Part shown: piece after piece, positions 48,375-58,850 of the stretch
How the letters are laid out: the number at the start of each line of letters is the position of its first letter
How positions within the stretch are numbered: the first letter of the stretch is position 1
NCBI GenBank assembly: GCA_023388075.1
Contig: JAEWGX010000016.1
Location: forward strand, 19,987 to 83,986
Length of the DNA: 64,000 nt
Reading direction: 5' to 3'
Source of the DNA: Pseudomonadota bacterium
Lineage (GTDB): Bacteria > Pseudomonadota > Gammaproteobacteria > Burkholderiales > Burkholderiaceae_E
Made by a program: the position numbers and the translations under genes
Notes under the pieces: generated by a model
Told to the model about the DNA's origin: nothing
Seen by the model: only the letters and a program-made list of their open reading frames with translations
The model's database searches: none

Positions 48375-49379
48375 TTACTTCACCCAGCCTTTTTCCTTGT
48401 AGTAGCGGATCGCGCCCTCGTGCAGCGGGGCGGACAGGCCGTTCTTGACCATGTCCTCGGGCTTCAGGTTCGCGAGCGCCGGGTGCAACTTCTTGAATTC
48501 CTCGAAGTTGTCGAACACCGACTTCACCACCTGGTACACCGTCTCGGCCGGAGCCTTGGAGGTGGCCACCACGGTGGCGAGCACGCCGTAGGTCTCGGTC
48601 GCCTGCGGGTTGTTGGGATACAGGCCACCCGGGATCGTCGCCTTGGCGTAGTACGGCTTGCCTTCGAGCAGCTTGTCGATGGCCGGGCCCGTCAGCGAGA
48701 CGAGCTGGGCGCCGCAGGTGGTGGTCGGATCCTGGATGTTGGCGCTGGGGTGGCCCACCGCGTAGAAGAAGCCGTCGATCTTGCCATCGCAGAGCGCCGG
48801 GCCGTGCTCGTCGGCCTTCAGCTCCGAGGCGAGGGAGAAGTCGCTGACCTTCCAGCCGAGGGCATCGAGCAGCTCGTCCATCGAGGCGCGTGTGCCCGAG
48901 CCGGGATTGCCGACATTGAAGCGCTTGCCCTTGAAGTCCTCGAACTTCTTGACGTTGGCTTCCTTGCGGGCGACCACCGTGAACGGCTCCGGATGCACGG
49001 AGAAGACCGCGCGCAGGTCGGGGTACGCGCCGGCGTCCTTGAACTGGCCGACGCCCTTGAGCCCGTTGAACTGCACGTCCGACTGGACGAAGCCGAGGTC
49101 GAGCTCGCCGGCCTTGATGGTGTTGACGTTGAAGACCGAGCCGCCGGTGGATTCCACCGAGCATCGGATGTTGTGCTTGGCGCGGTCCTTGTTCACGAGC
49201 CGGCAGATGGCGCCGCCGGCGGCGTAGTACACGCCGGTGACGCCGCCTGTGCCGATGGTGACGAATTTCTGCTGGGCGGCCACTGGGGCACTGCCGAACG
49301 TGGCAACCGCCGCGAGTGCGACGGATGCGGTCAACGAGGCGGGCCGCAGGCGCGCCATGAAGCGGTTGGATGCTTTCAT
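48375..49379 (-). CDS. TAXI family TRAP solute-binding protein
   Basis: [35 protein letters not shown]; start re-picked at ATG 49379. Confidence 0.94.
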   Translation of the reverse strand: MKASNRFMARLRPASLTASVALAAVATFGSAPVAAQQKFVTIGTGGVTGVYYAAGGAICRLVNKDRAKHNIRCSVESTGGSVFNVNTIKAGELDLGFVQSDVQFNGLKGVGQFKDAGAYPDLRAVFSVHPEPFTVVARKEANVKKFEDFKGKRFNVGNPGSGTRASMDELLDALGWKVSDFSLASELKADEHGPALCDGKIDGFFYAVGHPSANIQDPTTTCGAQLVSLTGPAIDKLLEGKPYYAKATIPGGLYPNNPQATETYGVLATVVATSKAPAETVYQVVKSVFDNFEEFKKLHPALANLKPEDMVKNGLSAPLHEGAIRYYKEKGWVK

Positions 49380-49401
49380 CTTGTTTCTCTCTTTGGATTG
49401 A

Positions 49402-50748
49402 TCACTGGCCGGATCCGGCAAGCGCGAGGTCGAGCGTCCGGCCTACCGCCCGTCGCAGTCGGAGGACGATCTCGTCGATCTCGTCCTCCGACACGATGAA
49501 GGGCGGGGCAAGCAGCACATGGTCGCCCCGCCGTCCGTCGATTGTGCCACCCATGGGGTAGCACAGCAGTCCGTTGTCCATGGCGAGCCGCTTGAGTGTC
49601 GCGTTGACATGCAGCGCGGGATCGAACGGCTCGCGGGAGTCGCGATCCTTGACGAATTCGAGGCCGACGAAGAGCCCGCGGCCGCGGATGTCCCCGACGT
49701 TCGGATGGTCGGAGAACGCCTCCTCGAGCCGCGTCATGAGCGATTGGCCGCGGCTGCGGACCTGGGCGAGCAGGCCGTCGCGCTCGATGGCCCGTTGCAC
49801 GGCCAGTGCCGCCGCGCATGCGGTGGCGTGGCCGATGTAGGTGTGCCCGTGCTGGAAGAAGCCGCTGCCCTGGCGCATCGCCTCGACGATGCGTCCCTGC
49901 GCGAGCACCGCCCCGATCGGCTGATAGCCGCCGCCGAGGCCCTTGGCGATCACCAGCAGGTCAGGCGTCACGCCTTCGGCCTCGCAGGCGTGCAGGGTGC
50001 CGCAGCGACCCATGCCGGACATGACCTCGTCGAGGATGAGCAGCACGCCGTAGCGGTCGCATACCTCGCGCACGCGCCTGAAGTAGCCGGGGACGGGCGT
50101 GAGCACGCCGGCGGTCGCCCCGCCCACGGTCTCCGCCACGAACGCGATGACCTCGTCCGGCCCGACACGACGGATGGTGTCGTCCAGCTCCTGCGCGAGG
50201 CGCTCGCCATACTGCTCCGGCGTCTCGCCCGGCGTCCGGTCCCGGTACTCGTAGCACGGCGACACGTGCTCGACGTCGATCAGGAGAGGTGCGAATTGGG
50301 CCCGGCGCCAGGCGTTGCCGCCGACCGCGAGCGCGCCGAGCGTGTTGCCGTGGTAGCTCTGGCGTCGGGCGATGAAGCGACCGCGCCGGGGTTGACCGAT
50401 CTCGACGAAGTACTGCCGCCCCATCTTGAGCGCGGCCTCCACGCCCTCCGACCCCCCGGACACGAAATAGGCGTGGGTCATGCCGGGCGGCGCATGCCGC
50501 ACCAGGTGTGCCGCGAGCTGCTCCGCCACCTCGGTGGTGAAGAAGCTGGTGTGGGCGTAGGCGAGCTGCTCGAGCTGGTTGCGCATGGCCTCGATCACGT
50601 CGGGATGGCCATGGCCGAGGCAGGAGACCGCGGCACCGCCCGAGGCATCGATGTAGTCCTTGCCCTCGCTGTCGCGAAGGTACACACCCCGACCGGAGAC
50701 CGCGGTCGGAAAGCCTCGGGAGAGATGACGATGGAAGACCGCGGTCAT
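49402..50748 (-). CDS. Class III PLP-dependent aminotransferase
   Basis: [43 protein letters not shown] (PLP Lys), HGHTY. Confidence 0.93.
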   Translation of the reverse strand: MTAVFHRHLSRGFPTAVSGRGVYLRDSEGKDYIDASGGAAVSCLGHGHPDVIEAMRNQLEQLAYAHTSFFTTEVAEQLAAHLVRHAPPGMTHAYFVSGGSEGVEAALKMGRQYFVEIGQPRRGRFIARRQSYHGNTLGALAVGGNAWRRAQFAPLLIDVEHVSPCYEYRDRTPGETPEQYGERLAQELDDTIRRVGPDEVIAFVAETVGGATAGVLTPVPGYFRRVREVCDRYGVLLILDEVMSGMGRCGTLHACEAEGVTPDLLVIAKGLGGGYQPIGAVLAQGRIVEAMRQGSGFFQHGHTYIGHATACAAALAVQRAIERDGLLAQVRSRGQSLMTRLEEAFSDHPNVGDIRGRGLFVGLEFVKDRDSREPFDPALHVNATLKRLAMDNGLLCYPMGGTIDGRRGDHVLLAPPFIVSEDEIDEIVLRLRRAVGRTLDLALAGSGQ

Positions 50749-50787
50749 GGAAGACCTCCGTATGGTCGGCCGGGCATCGCCTTGCCG

Positions 50788-51606
50788 TCAGTCTTGCGCA
50801 AGGCGATCCCAGCCAGGCTCCTCGCGGCGCAGGATACGCTTGATCGATTCGAAGAAGAGGTCGCTCTGCTGGCGCTCGCCGGCGATCTGCCGGCCGACCG
50901 TCTCGCAGAGCTCGTCCGGTACCCGCCGCAAGGGCCTGCCGGCCGCGGCCTGTACCGCGAGCACCTGGTGCATGCAGGCGCGCTCCAGGTAGTACAGGTC
51001 GTCGAAGGCCCAGGCGACGCTCCCCGCGATCACGGTGACTCCGTGGCTCGCGGAGAAGAGGACATCCTTGTCCGAGAGCGAGTTGGCGATGCGTCGCCCC
51101 TCGGCCGCGTCCAGCGCAAGCCCGCGATAGTCGTCGTCGTAGGCGACCCGGTTCCAGAAGCGCAGCGTGTTCTGGTTGCACCAGGCCAGGCGTCCGTCCT
51201 CCACCAGGGTCAGCGCCGTGGCGTAGGGCATGTGGGTGTGCAGCACGCAGCGGGCGCGCGGATTCAGGCGATGAATCCAGCTGTGGATGAAGAAGGCAGT
51301 GGGTTCGAGCGTGTGCCGCCCATCCACCACGGTGCCGTTGCCGTCGATCAGCAGGATGTCCGCCGCGGTGACCTCGCTCCAGTGCAGGCCCTGCGGATTG
51401 ATCAGGTAGCGGTCCGGCCCGATCTCGAGGCTGAAGTGATTGCAGACGCCTTCGTTGAGCTGCAGGCGTGCGGCCCAGCGCAAGGCGGCGGCGAGGTCGA
51501 TGCGCCCCTGGTCGATGGCTTCGCGCATCGCGACCGAAACGGCGGCCAGCGCGGAGCCGCCGGCGGCCTCGCCGTTGGGGGGTGTCCGAAGGGTGTTTGT
51601 CAGCAC
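50788..51606 (-). CDS. Class II aldolase/adducin family protein
   Basis: EGVCNHFS, LINPQG, AFFIH, HTHMPYAT, SHG metal ligands; start uncertain (GTG 51606 or 51669). Confidence 0.9.
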   Translation of the reverse strand: MLTNTLRTPPNGEAAGGSALAAVSVAMREAIDQGRIDLAAALRWAARLQLNEGVCNHFSLEIGPDRYLINPQGLHWSEVTAADILLIDGNGTVVDGRHTLEPTAFFIHSWIHRLNPRARCVLHTHMPYATALTLVEDGRLAWCNQNTLRFWNRVAYDDDYRGLALDAAEGRRIANSLSDKDVLFSASHGVTVIAGSVAWAFDDLYYLERACMHQVLAVQAAAGRPLRRVPDELCETVGRQIAGERQQSDLFFESIKRILRREEPGWDRLAQD

Positions 51607-51806
51607 GTCGCTTTCTCGATCTCCCGGGCTGGTGCAAGGAGCGCCGTCGACCAAAGTGTCGGACGGCACCGGGGGGCAAGTATCGCATTCTTTGGCAGGG
51701 GCGCCGGTACCGGGTCACGGGCTTTGCCACGGACGCCCCTTCGATGCGCCGATAATGTGCACACGCGGACTCTCGATGCCTGCGGGCCCTATTGTGGCAG
51801 GACACC

Positions 51807-54800
51807 ATGGACGACGGAATCAGGACCGCGGTCGCCGATGGCGACTCTCGGGCGGCGCTGCGCGACGCGCATGGGGCCCCGGAACCGATCCTGGTGCGCG
51901 GGTTGGTGGCGGCAGCGGCGCTCGATCCCGCGCTGCGCGCCGGGATCTCGACCCGGGCGGCCGGTCTGGTACGCACCATTCGCGGAGCCGGCCGACAGTC
52001 GCTGATGGAGGACTTCCTCGCGGAGTACGGCCTCTCCAGTGCCGAGGGCGTGGGGCTCATGTGCCTTGCCGAGGCGCTGCTGCGCGTGCCGGATGCGCGC
52101 ACGGTGGACGAGCTGATCCGCGACAAGGTCGAGGCGTCGGACTGGGGGGCGCACGTCGGGGGCTCGAGCTCGCCGTTGGTGAATGCGTCCACCTGGGCGC
52201 TGCTCCTGACCGGCCGCCTGCTGGACGACGCGGACCAGGGCGGCCCCGTGGGGGCCTTGCGTGGTGCGGTCAGGCGGCTGGGCGAGCCGGTGATCCGCGT
52301 CGCGGTGGCCCAGGCGATGAAGCGGCTCGGCCGGCAGTTCGTGCTGGGCCAGACGATCGAGGAGGCGCTCGAGCACAGCCGCGGCCACGTCGCGCACGGG
52401 CTCGCCTTCTCCTACGACATGCTGGGCGAGGCCGCGCGTACCGAGCCGGATGCGCAGCGCTACCAGCGTGCCTATGCCGACGCGATCGCCGCGATCGCGC
52501 CCGGGTGCGGCGCCGACATCCGGCGCAATCCCGGGATCTCGGTCAAGCTCTCCGCGCTGCATCCGCGCTACGAGCCGCTGCAGAGGGAGCGCGTGCTCGG
52601 CGAGCTCGTGCCCCGGCTGCTGGAGCTCGCCCGTGCCGCCCGCGCGTCCAACATGGGCCTGACCGTCGACGCGGAGGAAGCGGAGCGGCTGGAGCTTTCG
52701 CTCGACGTGATCGAGGCGGTGCTCGCGGACCGCTCGCTTGCCGGTTGGAGCGGCTTCGGCGTGGTCGTGCAGGCGTACGGGAAGCGGGCGCTGCCGCTGA
52801 TCGACTGGCTGGACGAGCTCGCGCGGCGACTCGATCGCCGTCTCATGGTGCGCCTCGTCAAGGGCGCCTACTGGGATGGCGAAGTGAAGCGGTCTCAGGA
52901 GCTCGGCCTTGGCGGCTTTCCCGTGTTCACCCGCAAGGCCCACACCGACGTGAGCTACCTTGCCTGCGCGCGGCGGCTGCTCGCCATGACCGACAGGATC
53001 TATCCGCAGTTCGCCACCCACAACGCCCACACCTGCGCCGCGGTGCTCGCCATGGCGCAGGACAGGGATGCGTTCGAGTTCCAGCGCCTGCACGGCATGG
53101 GCGAGGCGCTGCACCGGCACCTGATGGCCGAGGAAGGCACCCGCTGCCGCGTCTACGCGCCGGTCGGCGCCCATCGGGATCTGCTGGCGTACCTGGTGCG
53201 CCGGTTGCTGGAGAACGGCGCGAACAGCTCCTTCGTGAACCAGGTGGCGGACGAGCGGGTCGCCCCCGAGGTGATTGCGGCGGACCCGTTCGAGGCCGTG
53301 GCGGCATCCGGCGGAGCGCCGCATCCGGCGCTGCGTGCGCCGCCCGCGCTGTTCGAGCCGGTGCGCCGCAACTCCCGCGGCTACGATATCGGCCACCCCG
53401 CCGACCTCGACGAGCTGGCCGACGGCATCCGGCCGTTCCGGGAGTATCGCTGGCAGGCCAGCGCGTCCATCGCCGACGCGGCGAGCCCGCGGCTGGCCCC
53501 GCCGGCATCGAGCGGGCACGTCGAGGTGCGCAATCCCGCCGACCTGTCCGATGTCGTGGGGCGCGTCGTCCCCGCGACCGAGGTGGACGTGGTTGCCGCG
53601 GTCGCGGCGGCAGCCGCTGGCTTTCGCGACTGGTCCGCGCGACCCGCCGAGGAGCGTGCCGCGGCCCTGGAAGCCGCCGCCGATCGCTACGAGACCCATG
53701 CCGGCGAGCTGCACGCGCTCTGCATCCGCGAGGCCGGCAAGACCATCCGCGACGCGGTGGCGGAGGTTCGGGAGGCGGTGGACTTCCTGCGCTATTACGC
53801 GAGCGAAGCGCGGGCCGGCCTCTGCGCGGCGCCGGGTGCGCCTGCGCCGACCGGCCGGGGGGTGCTGGCTTGCATCTCGCCGTGGAACTTCCCGCTCGCG
53901 ATCTTCACCGGCCAGGTCGCCGGGGCGCTCGCCGCCGGCAACGCCGTGCTGGCCAAGCCCGCGGAGCAGACGCCGTTGATCGCCGCGCGGGCGGTGACGC
54001 TGCTGCGCGAGGCCGGCGTGCCCGCTGCCGCGATGCAGCTGCTTCCGGGTGACGGCGAGACGGTGGGCGCGGCCCTGACGCGCGCCAGCGGGATCGCCGG
54101 CGTGCTCTTCACCGGCTCGACCGAGGTCGCCCGAGCCATCGAGCGCACGCTCGCGGTGCACGCGGCGCCGGATGCCGTGCTCGTGGCCGAGACCGGCGGC
54201 ATCAACGCGATGGTGGTGGATTCCACGGCCTTGCCGGAGCAGGCGGTACGCGACATCCTCGCGTCGGCCTTCCAGAGCGCGGGACAGCGCTGCTCGGCGC
54301 TGCGCATCCTCTATCTCCAGCGCGACGTCGCCGGGCCGGTGCTCGAGATGCTCTGCGGCGCGATGGACGAGCTGCGCGTCGGCGATCCGTGGTCCTTCGA
54401 TGTCGACATCGGCCCGGTGATCGACGATGCCGCGCTGGGCGATCTGCGCGACTACTGCGAGCGGATGACGGCGGCCGGGCGGCTCGTGAAGCGGCTGGAT
54501 GCGCCGCCGCGCGGCCGGTTCGTCGCTCCCCACGTGTTCCGGGTGTCGGGCATCGAGGAAGTGGGGCGCGAGGTCTTCGGCCCCGTGCTGCACGTCGCGA
54601 CCTTCGAGGCGGACGCCCTCGACGAGGTGGTGGACGCGATCAATGCCCGTGGCTACGGCCTCACCTTCGCGGTGCACACCCGGATCGACGATCGCGTGCA
54701 ACGTGTCGTCGACCGTATCCGTGCCGGCAACGTCTATGTGAATCGCAACCAGATCGGCGCCGTGGTGGGTTCGCAGCCTTTCGGCGGCGAGGGCCTCTCG

Positions 54801-55610
54801 GGTACGGGGCCGAAGGCGGGCGGTCCGAACTACCTGCGTCGACTGGTGCGCCAGGCGGAAGAGATGCCGCCTGTCAGGGCAGGTGAAGACGCGACGGATG
54901 TGGCCGGCGCGGTCGCGGCCGAGGCGAAGGTCGGTACCGGCAGGGCCGAAGTCCGAGAAGTCCCGGAGGAAACGGAGGAGTCCACCGTGGCGCTGCGTAT
55001 CCGATCCGCCTGGTCGCGGCTGGACGCCGCCGCCTGGGCCCGGAGGCCGGACCGCCTCGAGGCGTTGCGCCTGCCCTTGGTCGCGCACGGTGGTCTGCCC
55101 GAGCGGGCCCTTCGGGCCATGGCGCCGTTCGCGGGTGGGCCGCTGGCCATGCCGGGGCCGACCGGCGAAAGCAACCAGTTGCACTACCGGGCGCGCCAGG
55201 TCGCGCTGTGCCTCGGACCGGACGTCGATGTCGCGCTGGCGCAGGCCGCGCAGGCCCTCGCGATCGGCGGGCCTGCCCTGCTGCTGCTCGATGCCGGCGT
55301 CGACAGCGGCCGGCTCGCCGTCGCCACCCGGTGGCGGGAGGCGGGTGCGCCGGTGAACGTCCTTCCGCTTCAGGGCGCGCTGCTCGATCTCCGTTGGCTG
55401 GCGACGCTGCCGGGGCTCGGGCTGGTCGCGTTCGCGGGGCGCTGCGGGACGGCGCGCGCGATCCGCATCGCCTGCTCGCGGAGGCAGGGAGAGATCGTCC
55501 CGCTGGTGACCGAGGTCGTGGCGCCCTGGCGCTATCTGGTGGAGCGTCACCTCTGCATCGATACCACCGCGGCCGGCGGCAATGCGTCGCTGCTGGCCGC
55601 CTCGTCGTAG
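51807..55610 (+). CDS. putA: Bifunctional proline dehydrogenase / P5C dehydrogenase PutA (no N-terminal RHH domain)
   Basis: SYDMLGE, SVKLSALHPRY, RLVKGAYWD, FATHN, FQRLHGMG, RRLLENGAN, ISPWNFP, ETGG, GQRCSA, EVFGP, C-terminal DTTAAGGNASL. Confidence 0.97.
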   Translation: MDDGIRTAVADGDSRAALRDAHGAPEPILVRGLVAAAALDPALRAGISTRAAGLVRTIRGAGRQSLMEDFLAEYGLSSAEGVGLMCLAEALLRVPDARTVDELIRDKVEASDWGAHVGGSSSPLVNASTWALLLTGRLLDDADQGGPVGALRGAVRRLGEPVIRVAVAQAMKRLGRQFVLGQTIEEALEHSRGHVAHGLAFSYDMLGEAARTEPDAQRYQRAYADAIAAIAPGCGADIRRNPGISVKLSALHPRYEPLQRERVLGELVPRLLELARAARASNMGLTVDAEEAERLELSLDVIEAVLADRSLAGWSGFGVVVQAYGKRALPLIDWLDELARRLDRRLMVRLVKGAYWDGEVKRSQELGLGGFPVFTRKAHTDVSYLACARRLLAMTDRIYPQFATHNAHTCAAVLAMAQDRDAFEFQRLHGMGEALHRHLMAEEGTRCRVYAPVGAHRDLLAYLVRRLLENGANSSFVNQVADERVAPEVIAADPFEAVAASGGAPHPALRAPPALFEPVRRNSRGYDIGHPADLDELADGIRPFREYRWQASASIADAASPRLAPPASSGHVEVRNPADLSDVVGRVVPATEVDVVAAVAAAAAGFRDWSARPAEERAAALEAAADRYETHAGELHALCIREAGKTIRDAVAEVREAVDFLRYYASEARAGLCAAPGAPAPTGRGVLACISPWNFPLAIFTGQVAGALAAGNAVLAKPAEQTPLIAARAVTLLREAGVPAAAMQLLPGDGETVGAALTRASGIAGVLFTGSTEVARAIERTLAVHAAPDAVLVAETGGINAMVVDSTALPEQAVRDILASAFQSAGQRCSALRILYLQRDVAGPVLEMLCGAMDELRVGDPWSFDVDIGPVIDDAALGDLRDYCERMTAAGRLVKRLDAPPRGRFVAPHVFRVSGIEEVGREVFGPVLHVATFEADALDEVVDAINARGYGLTFAVHTRIDDRVQRVVDRIRAGNVYVNRNQIGAVVGSQPFGGEGLSGTGPKAGGPNYLRRLVRQAEEMPPVRAGEDATDVAGAVAAEAKVGTGRAEVREVPEETEESTVALRIRSAWSRLDAAAWARRPDRLEALRLPLVAHGGLPERALRAMAPFAGGPLAMPGPTGESNQLHYRARQVALCLGPDVDVALAQAAQALAIGGPALLLLDAGVDSGRLAVATRWREAGAPVNVLPLQGALLDLRWLATLPGLGLVAFAGRCGTARAIRIACSRRQGEIVPLVTEVVAPWRYLVERHLCIDTTAAGGNASLLAASS

Positions 55611-55619
55611 TCGGCCCGC

Positions 55620-56318
55620 TCAGTCCGGACCCGCCGTCAGCCGCACTTCGAACGGGTCCTCGGACACGGCGGCTACGCTCAGTACCACGTCCTCCAGGAG
55701 CAGCGTTCGCAGGCGCAGCGGCGGCAGCGCCGCGGCGCCCGGCAAGCCGTCCGCGCGCAGCGTGTCGGCCTCGGCGGCGACGTCCGTCAGCGGGATGTCT
55801 CCGATCCCGGTTCCCCAGGCCTTGAGCGCCGCTTCCTTCCGGGTCCAGAGACGCAGGAAGCCATGGGCGCGCTCGGCCGGGGGCAGCGTCGCCAGACGTG
55901 CGCGCTCGGCCGGGCTGCAGCAGGCGTCGATCAGCGAGTCGAGGTCCGCGAGCGGGCGCGTGGCCTCGACGTCGACGCCGATCTCGAAGCCGGCGATGCC
56001 GAGGTAACCGATCGCGCCGCAGTGGGTGAGGTTGAAATGCGGTGACGCACAGCGCGCGCGCGGGCCTGCCAGCGCCGCCGCGCCGGGGGCGAGGACCGGC
56101 TTGCCGTTGCCGGTGCTCGTGATGGGAATGCTCGCCGGATCCATGTCGAGCCACTGGCCGAGCAGCCGCCGCATGCCTGCATGGGCCGCCACATGCCAGG
56201 TGCGCAGGTGATCGAACCGGAAGCGCGCGGCGCGGTCGCTCTCCGCCGCATCCAGCAGCGCCGCATCGGCCGCGGTTGCCCGCGTGAGCTCGAGACGATG
56301 GCAGTGGACGATCCGCAC
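55620..56318 (-). CDS. Sfp-type 4'-phosphopantetheinyl transferase
   Basis: GKP, FNLTHC, IGVDVE, FLRLWTRKEAALKAWGTG; start uncertain. Confidence 0.9.
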   Translation of the reverse strand: MRIVHCHRLELTRATAADAALLDAAESDRAARFRFDHLRTWHVAAHAGMRRLLGQWLDMDPASIPITSTGNGKPVLAPGAAALAGPRARCASPHFNLTHCGAIGYLGIAGFEIGVDVEATRPLADLDSLIDACCSPAERARLATLPPAERAHGFLRLWTRKEAALKAWGTGIGDIPLTDVAAEADTLRADGLPGAAALPPLRLRTLLLEDVVLSVAAVSEDPFEVRLTAGPD

Positions 56319-56338
56319 GCTCGCGTCCGGCGCGATGC

Positions 56339-57358
56339 TCAGGCCCGCTGGCCGGGCCGCGCGAAGTAGAACCACTCCCGGCCCGGGACCGCATTGGGGT
56401 TCGGGAAGACGACGTAGCCGTCTGCCGGTGCCTTCACCGGCTCGCCGCCGGCTCGCCGTGCGATGGGCTGCCCCGCGACGACCCGGTCGAACGAGCGCCA
56501 GGTCCCGACGAAGCTGTCGCTTGCGTCGTGACGGTCGAACACCTCGCACATCTCGATCAGCTCGATCGGTCCGCTCGTTGCGCTCGGTGCGCTCGTTGCG
56601 CTCGTTGCGCTCGGTGCGCTCGGTGCGCTCGGTGCGCTCGACGCCGCGGCCGATGCGGCGCCCGCTGCCACGTCGAGGGCAGCCGACGGCTCCTCGCAAA
56701 GGCCCAGGAGGGCGAGCGTATTCTCGATGGCCTGCCGCGCCACGGCCGGTGCGTGTGGATCCGCGTGCTGGCCGCATTCGACGGTGACCGCGTAGCCGCC
56801 CTGGCTGCGCATGTACTCGGTGGTGCCGATGCCGTAGGCGATGCTGCCGCCCGGGCGGCGGGCGACGCCGCGCGCGTAGGCGGGGAGCCAGCCGTACACG
56901 AGTCGCCGCGGGCCGACGGCGCGGGCCAGCGCGAACTCCTCGCGGGCGCGCCGGAACGGCTCCAGGTCGCCTTCGTTGTCCTCGGGGCCCATGAAGACGA
57001 AGGGCGAGCCTTCGGCCGCGAACGAATGGAGATCCAGCAGGGCATCGTGGTCGCGCAGGATCGGCGCAAGGTGATTGGCGATCCGGTCCTCGGCGTTCTC
57101 CGGGCACACGCTCGGTCGGAAGTCCCGGTTGAGGTTGCGGTCGCCCTCGCGCGTGCCGCGCTTGAACGCGACCGGGTTGGCCACCGGCACGAGTGTCAGC
57201 ACGCCCCGCGCCAGACGCCGCTCGCCAGTGGCAAACTGCGCCGCGACCGAACGGATCGCGGTGGGGCCGCAGGTCTCGTTACCGTGAACCGCCCCGAGCA
57301 CGAGCAACCGTGGCCCGTTGGCAAGGGAGCGGTACTGGTGGACTTCGATCGTTTCCAT
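56339..57358 (-). CDS. Succinylglutamate desuccinylase/aspartoacylase family (M14-like) protein
   Basis: GAVHGNETCG, PVANP, RNLNR, LDLHS, TVECGQH; start re-picked at ATG 57358. Confidence 0.88.
   Translation of the reverse strand: METIEVHQYRSLANGPRLLVLGAVHGNETCGPTAIRSVAAQFATGERRLARGVLTLVPVANPVAFKRGTREGDRNLNRDFRPSVCPENAEDRIANHLAPILRDHDALLDLHSFAAEGSPFVFMGPEDNEGDLEPFRRAREEFALARAVGPRRLVYGWLPAYARGVARRPGGSIAYGIGTTEYMRSQGGYAVTVECGQHADPHAPAVARQAIENTLALLGLCEEPSAALDVAAGAASAAASSAPSAPSAPSATSATSAPSATSGPIELIEMCEVFDRHDASDSFVGTWRSFDRVVAGQPIARRAGGEPVKAPADGYVVFPNPNAVPGREWFYFARPGQRA
56572..56640. repeat. Intragenic 9-bp tandem repeat (about 7.7 copies of CGCTCGKTG) encoding S-A-P/T
   Basis: Direct reading; encodes SAPSAPSAPSATSATSAPSATS in the M14-like ORF. 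Confidence 0.95.
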
Positions 57359-57509
57359 CGGGGCATCCGTGCGGCAGCCTCGGCGTTCCTGGCGCCGCCG
57401 CGGCGATTTCGTCGAGAGCCGATGATACGGGTGCCTGGAGATAGGACCGGTACCTGCCGGGTCGCCCGCTCCGGGGCGACACGCCGCGTGGTAAGGTCGA
57501 ATCCGACAG

Positions 57510-58355
57510 ATGGAGAAGACCGTCGCCATGATCGCCAAGCTCTCGCGTGTCCGCGGCGGACTCGCCCGTCCCGGCAACCTGCGCCGCATCGTGCTCGCGG
57601 TGCTGTTCCTTCCGATGCTCGCACTGGCCGGCGGCTGCGCCACCTACATGGAGGCACAGGTCACCAGCTTCCACCAGGGAAAGCAGGACCTCCGCCTGGA
57701 AGGCAGGCGCTTCGTCATCGAGCCCAGCGCTGCCCAGAAGGAGAGCCTGGAATTCCGGACGTACGCGGACCTGGTGCGCGACGCGCTGGTTGGCAAGGGG
57801 CTGGTGGCTGCCGGAAGTGGTGCGCCGTCCGAGCTCGTCGTGCGCATCACATACACCATCGACGGTGGCCGCACGGTGGTCCATGGCTATCCGGCCTATG
57901 GCTACACGCACTACGGCCCGGTCTGGACCTGGACCCCGTATCCGGTCCCCGGGGGTGGGGTGCGCTACGTCTGGACGCCGACTTATCCGATGACCTACGG
58001 TGTGGTCGGAACCCACTATGCGCAGTCCACCCTCTATCGCCGTGAGCTGCGTGTCGTCATCGAGGAACGCAGGCCGGAGGCGAACGGACAGCGGCTCTAC
58101 GAGGGAACGGTGTCGTCCGAAGGCGGCTCGGCAGCGCTGGCGCCGGTGATGCCGGCAATGGTACGGGCGCTCTTCGCGGATTTCCCTGGGCGCAACGGTG
58201 TCACGCGCATTGTGCAGGTTCCCATCGGGGAGGCCGGCGATCAGCCGGTGCGGGTCTCGCCGGCGCCGGGGAGCGGGACCGCTCCACCTCCGGGATCACC
58301 GGGCCCCGATTCGACCCAGCCACCGCCCAAGCGAGTGCCGCCCGCGGCCGGGTGA
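57510..58355 (+). CDS. DUF4136-like lipoprotein with Pro-rich tail
   Basis: Lipobox LAGGC, VTSFH, SLEFRTY, YRRELRVVI, LYEG, ALFADFPG. Confidence 0.8.
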   Translation: MEKTVAMIAKLSRVRGGLARPGNLRRIVLAVLFLPMLALAGGCATYMEAQVTSFHQGKQDLRLEGRRFVIEPSAAQKESLEFRTYADLVRDALVGKGLVAAGSGAPSELVVRITYTIDGGRTVVHGYPAYGYTHYGPVWTWTPYPVPGGGVRYVWTPTYPMTYGVVGTHYAQSTLYRRELRVVIEERRPEANGQRLYEGTVSSEGGSAALAPVMPAMVRALFADFPGRNGVTRIVQVPIGEAGDQPVRVSPAPGSGTAPPPGSPGPDSTQPPPKRVPPAAG

Positions 58356-58444
58356 GGGGAGCGACCCTCGTGAGTGGAGGCAGAGCCCACGCGCAGCCAG
58401 GCCTTCTTCGCCGGGCCGCTCAAGCCGTGCGCGAGCCGGGCTTG

Positions 58445-58807
58445 TCAGGCTACGAGGTCCCAGTAGCCCGGCATCCGTGCGGTCGGGACCGCCATTGGAG
58501 CGAAGCTGCCCACGGTCGCATAGAGCCGGCCGTTGTGGTCGCGAACGCGATAGAGGCGCTGCGTTCCCTCCCTTGTGGTCCGCAGCCACAGGCCGGGGCG
58601 TTGGGGCTGGCGGCGAACGCCGAGCGATGCGGCGAGGCGCGCCCGCAGGAGACATTCGTCCGGAATCCGGGGTTGCAGGGGCGCCGCGCGCCTGGCGGGC
58701 AGGATCGCGATTTCGAGCAGAGAGGTCAGGCCGGCCTGAACGTGCCGGAACGCGTCGTGCAGCCTCGAGGCCAACCGGGCGGCGGGATGGTACGTCGGAG
58801 GGGTCAT
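58445..58807 (-). CDS. Hypothetical protein (120 aa)
   Basis: [10 protein letters not shown] before ATG 58807; preceded by a sigma54-like promoter; no family recognised. Confidence 0.55.
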   Translation of the reverse strand: MTPPTYHPAARLASRLHDAFRHVQAGLTSLLEIAILPARRAAPLQPRIPDECLLRARLAASLGVRRQPQRPGLWLRTTREGTQRLYRVRDHNGRLYATVGSFAPMAVPTARMPGYWDLVA

Positions 58808-58834
58808 CTGGCTTTCCTTGATTGCAGCACGCTT

Positions 58835-58850
58835 GGCAACGGCCATGCCC
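58835..58850 (-). promoter_or_regulatory. Candidate sigma54 (-24/-12) promoter
   Basis: Minus strand GGGCATGGCCGTTGCC = GG-N10-GC, matching GGCAYG-N4-TTGC. Confidence 0.6.

Noticed and set aside
51789..55550. 1253-aa minus-strand ORF
   Set aside because: Antisense shadow of putA
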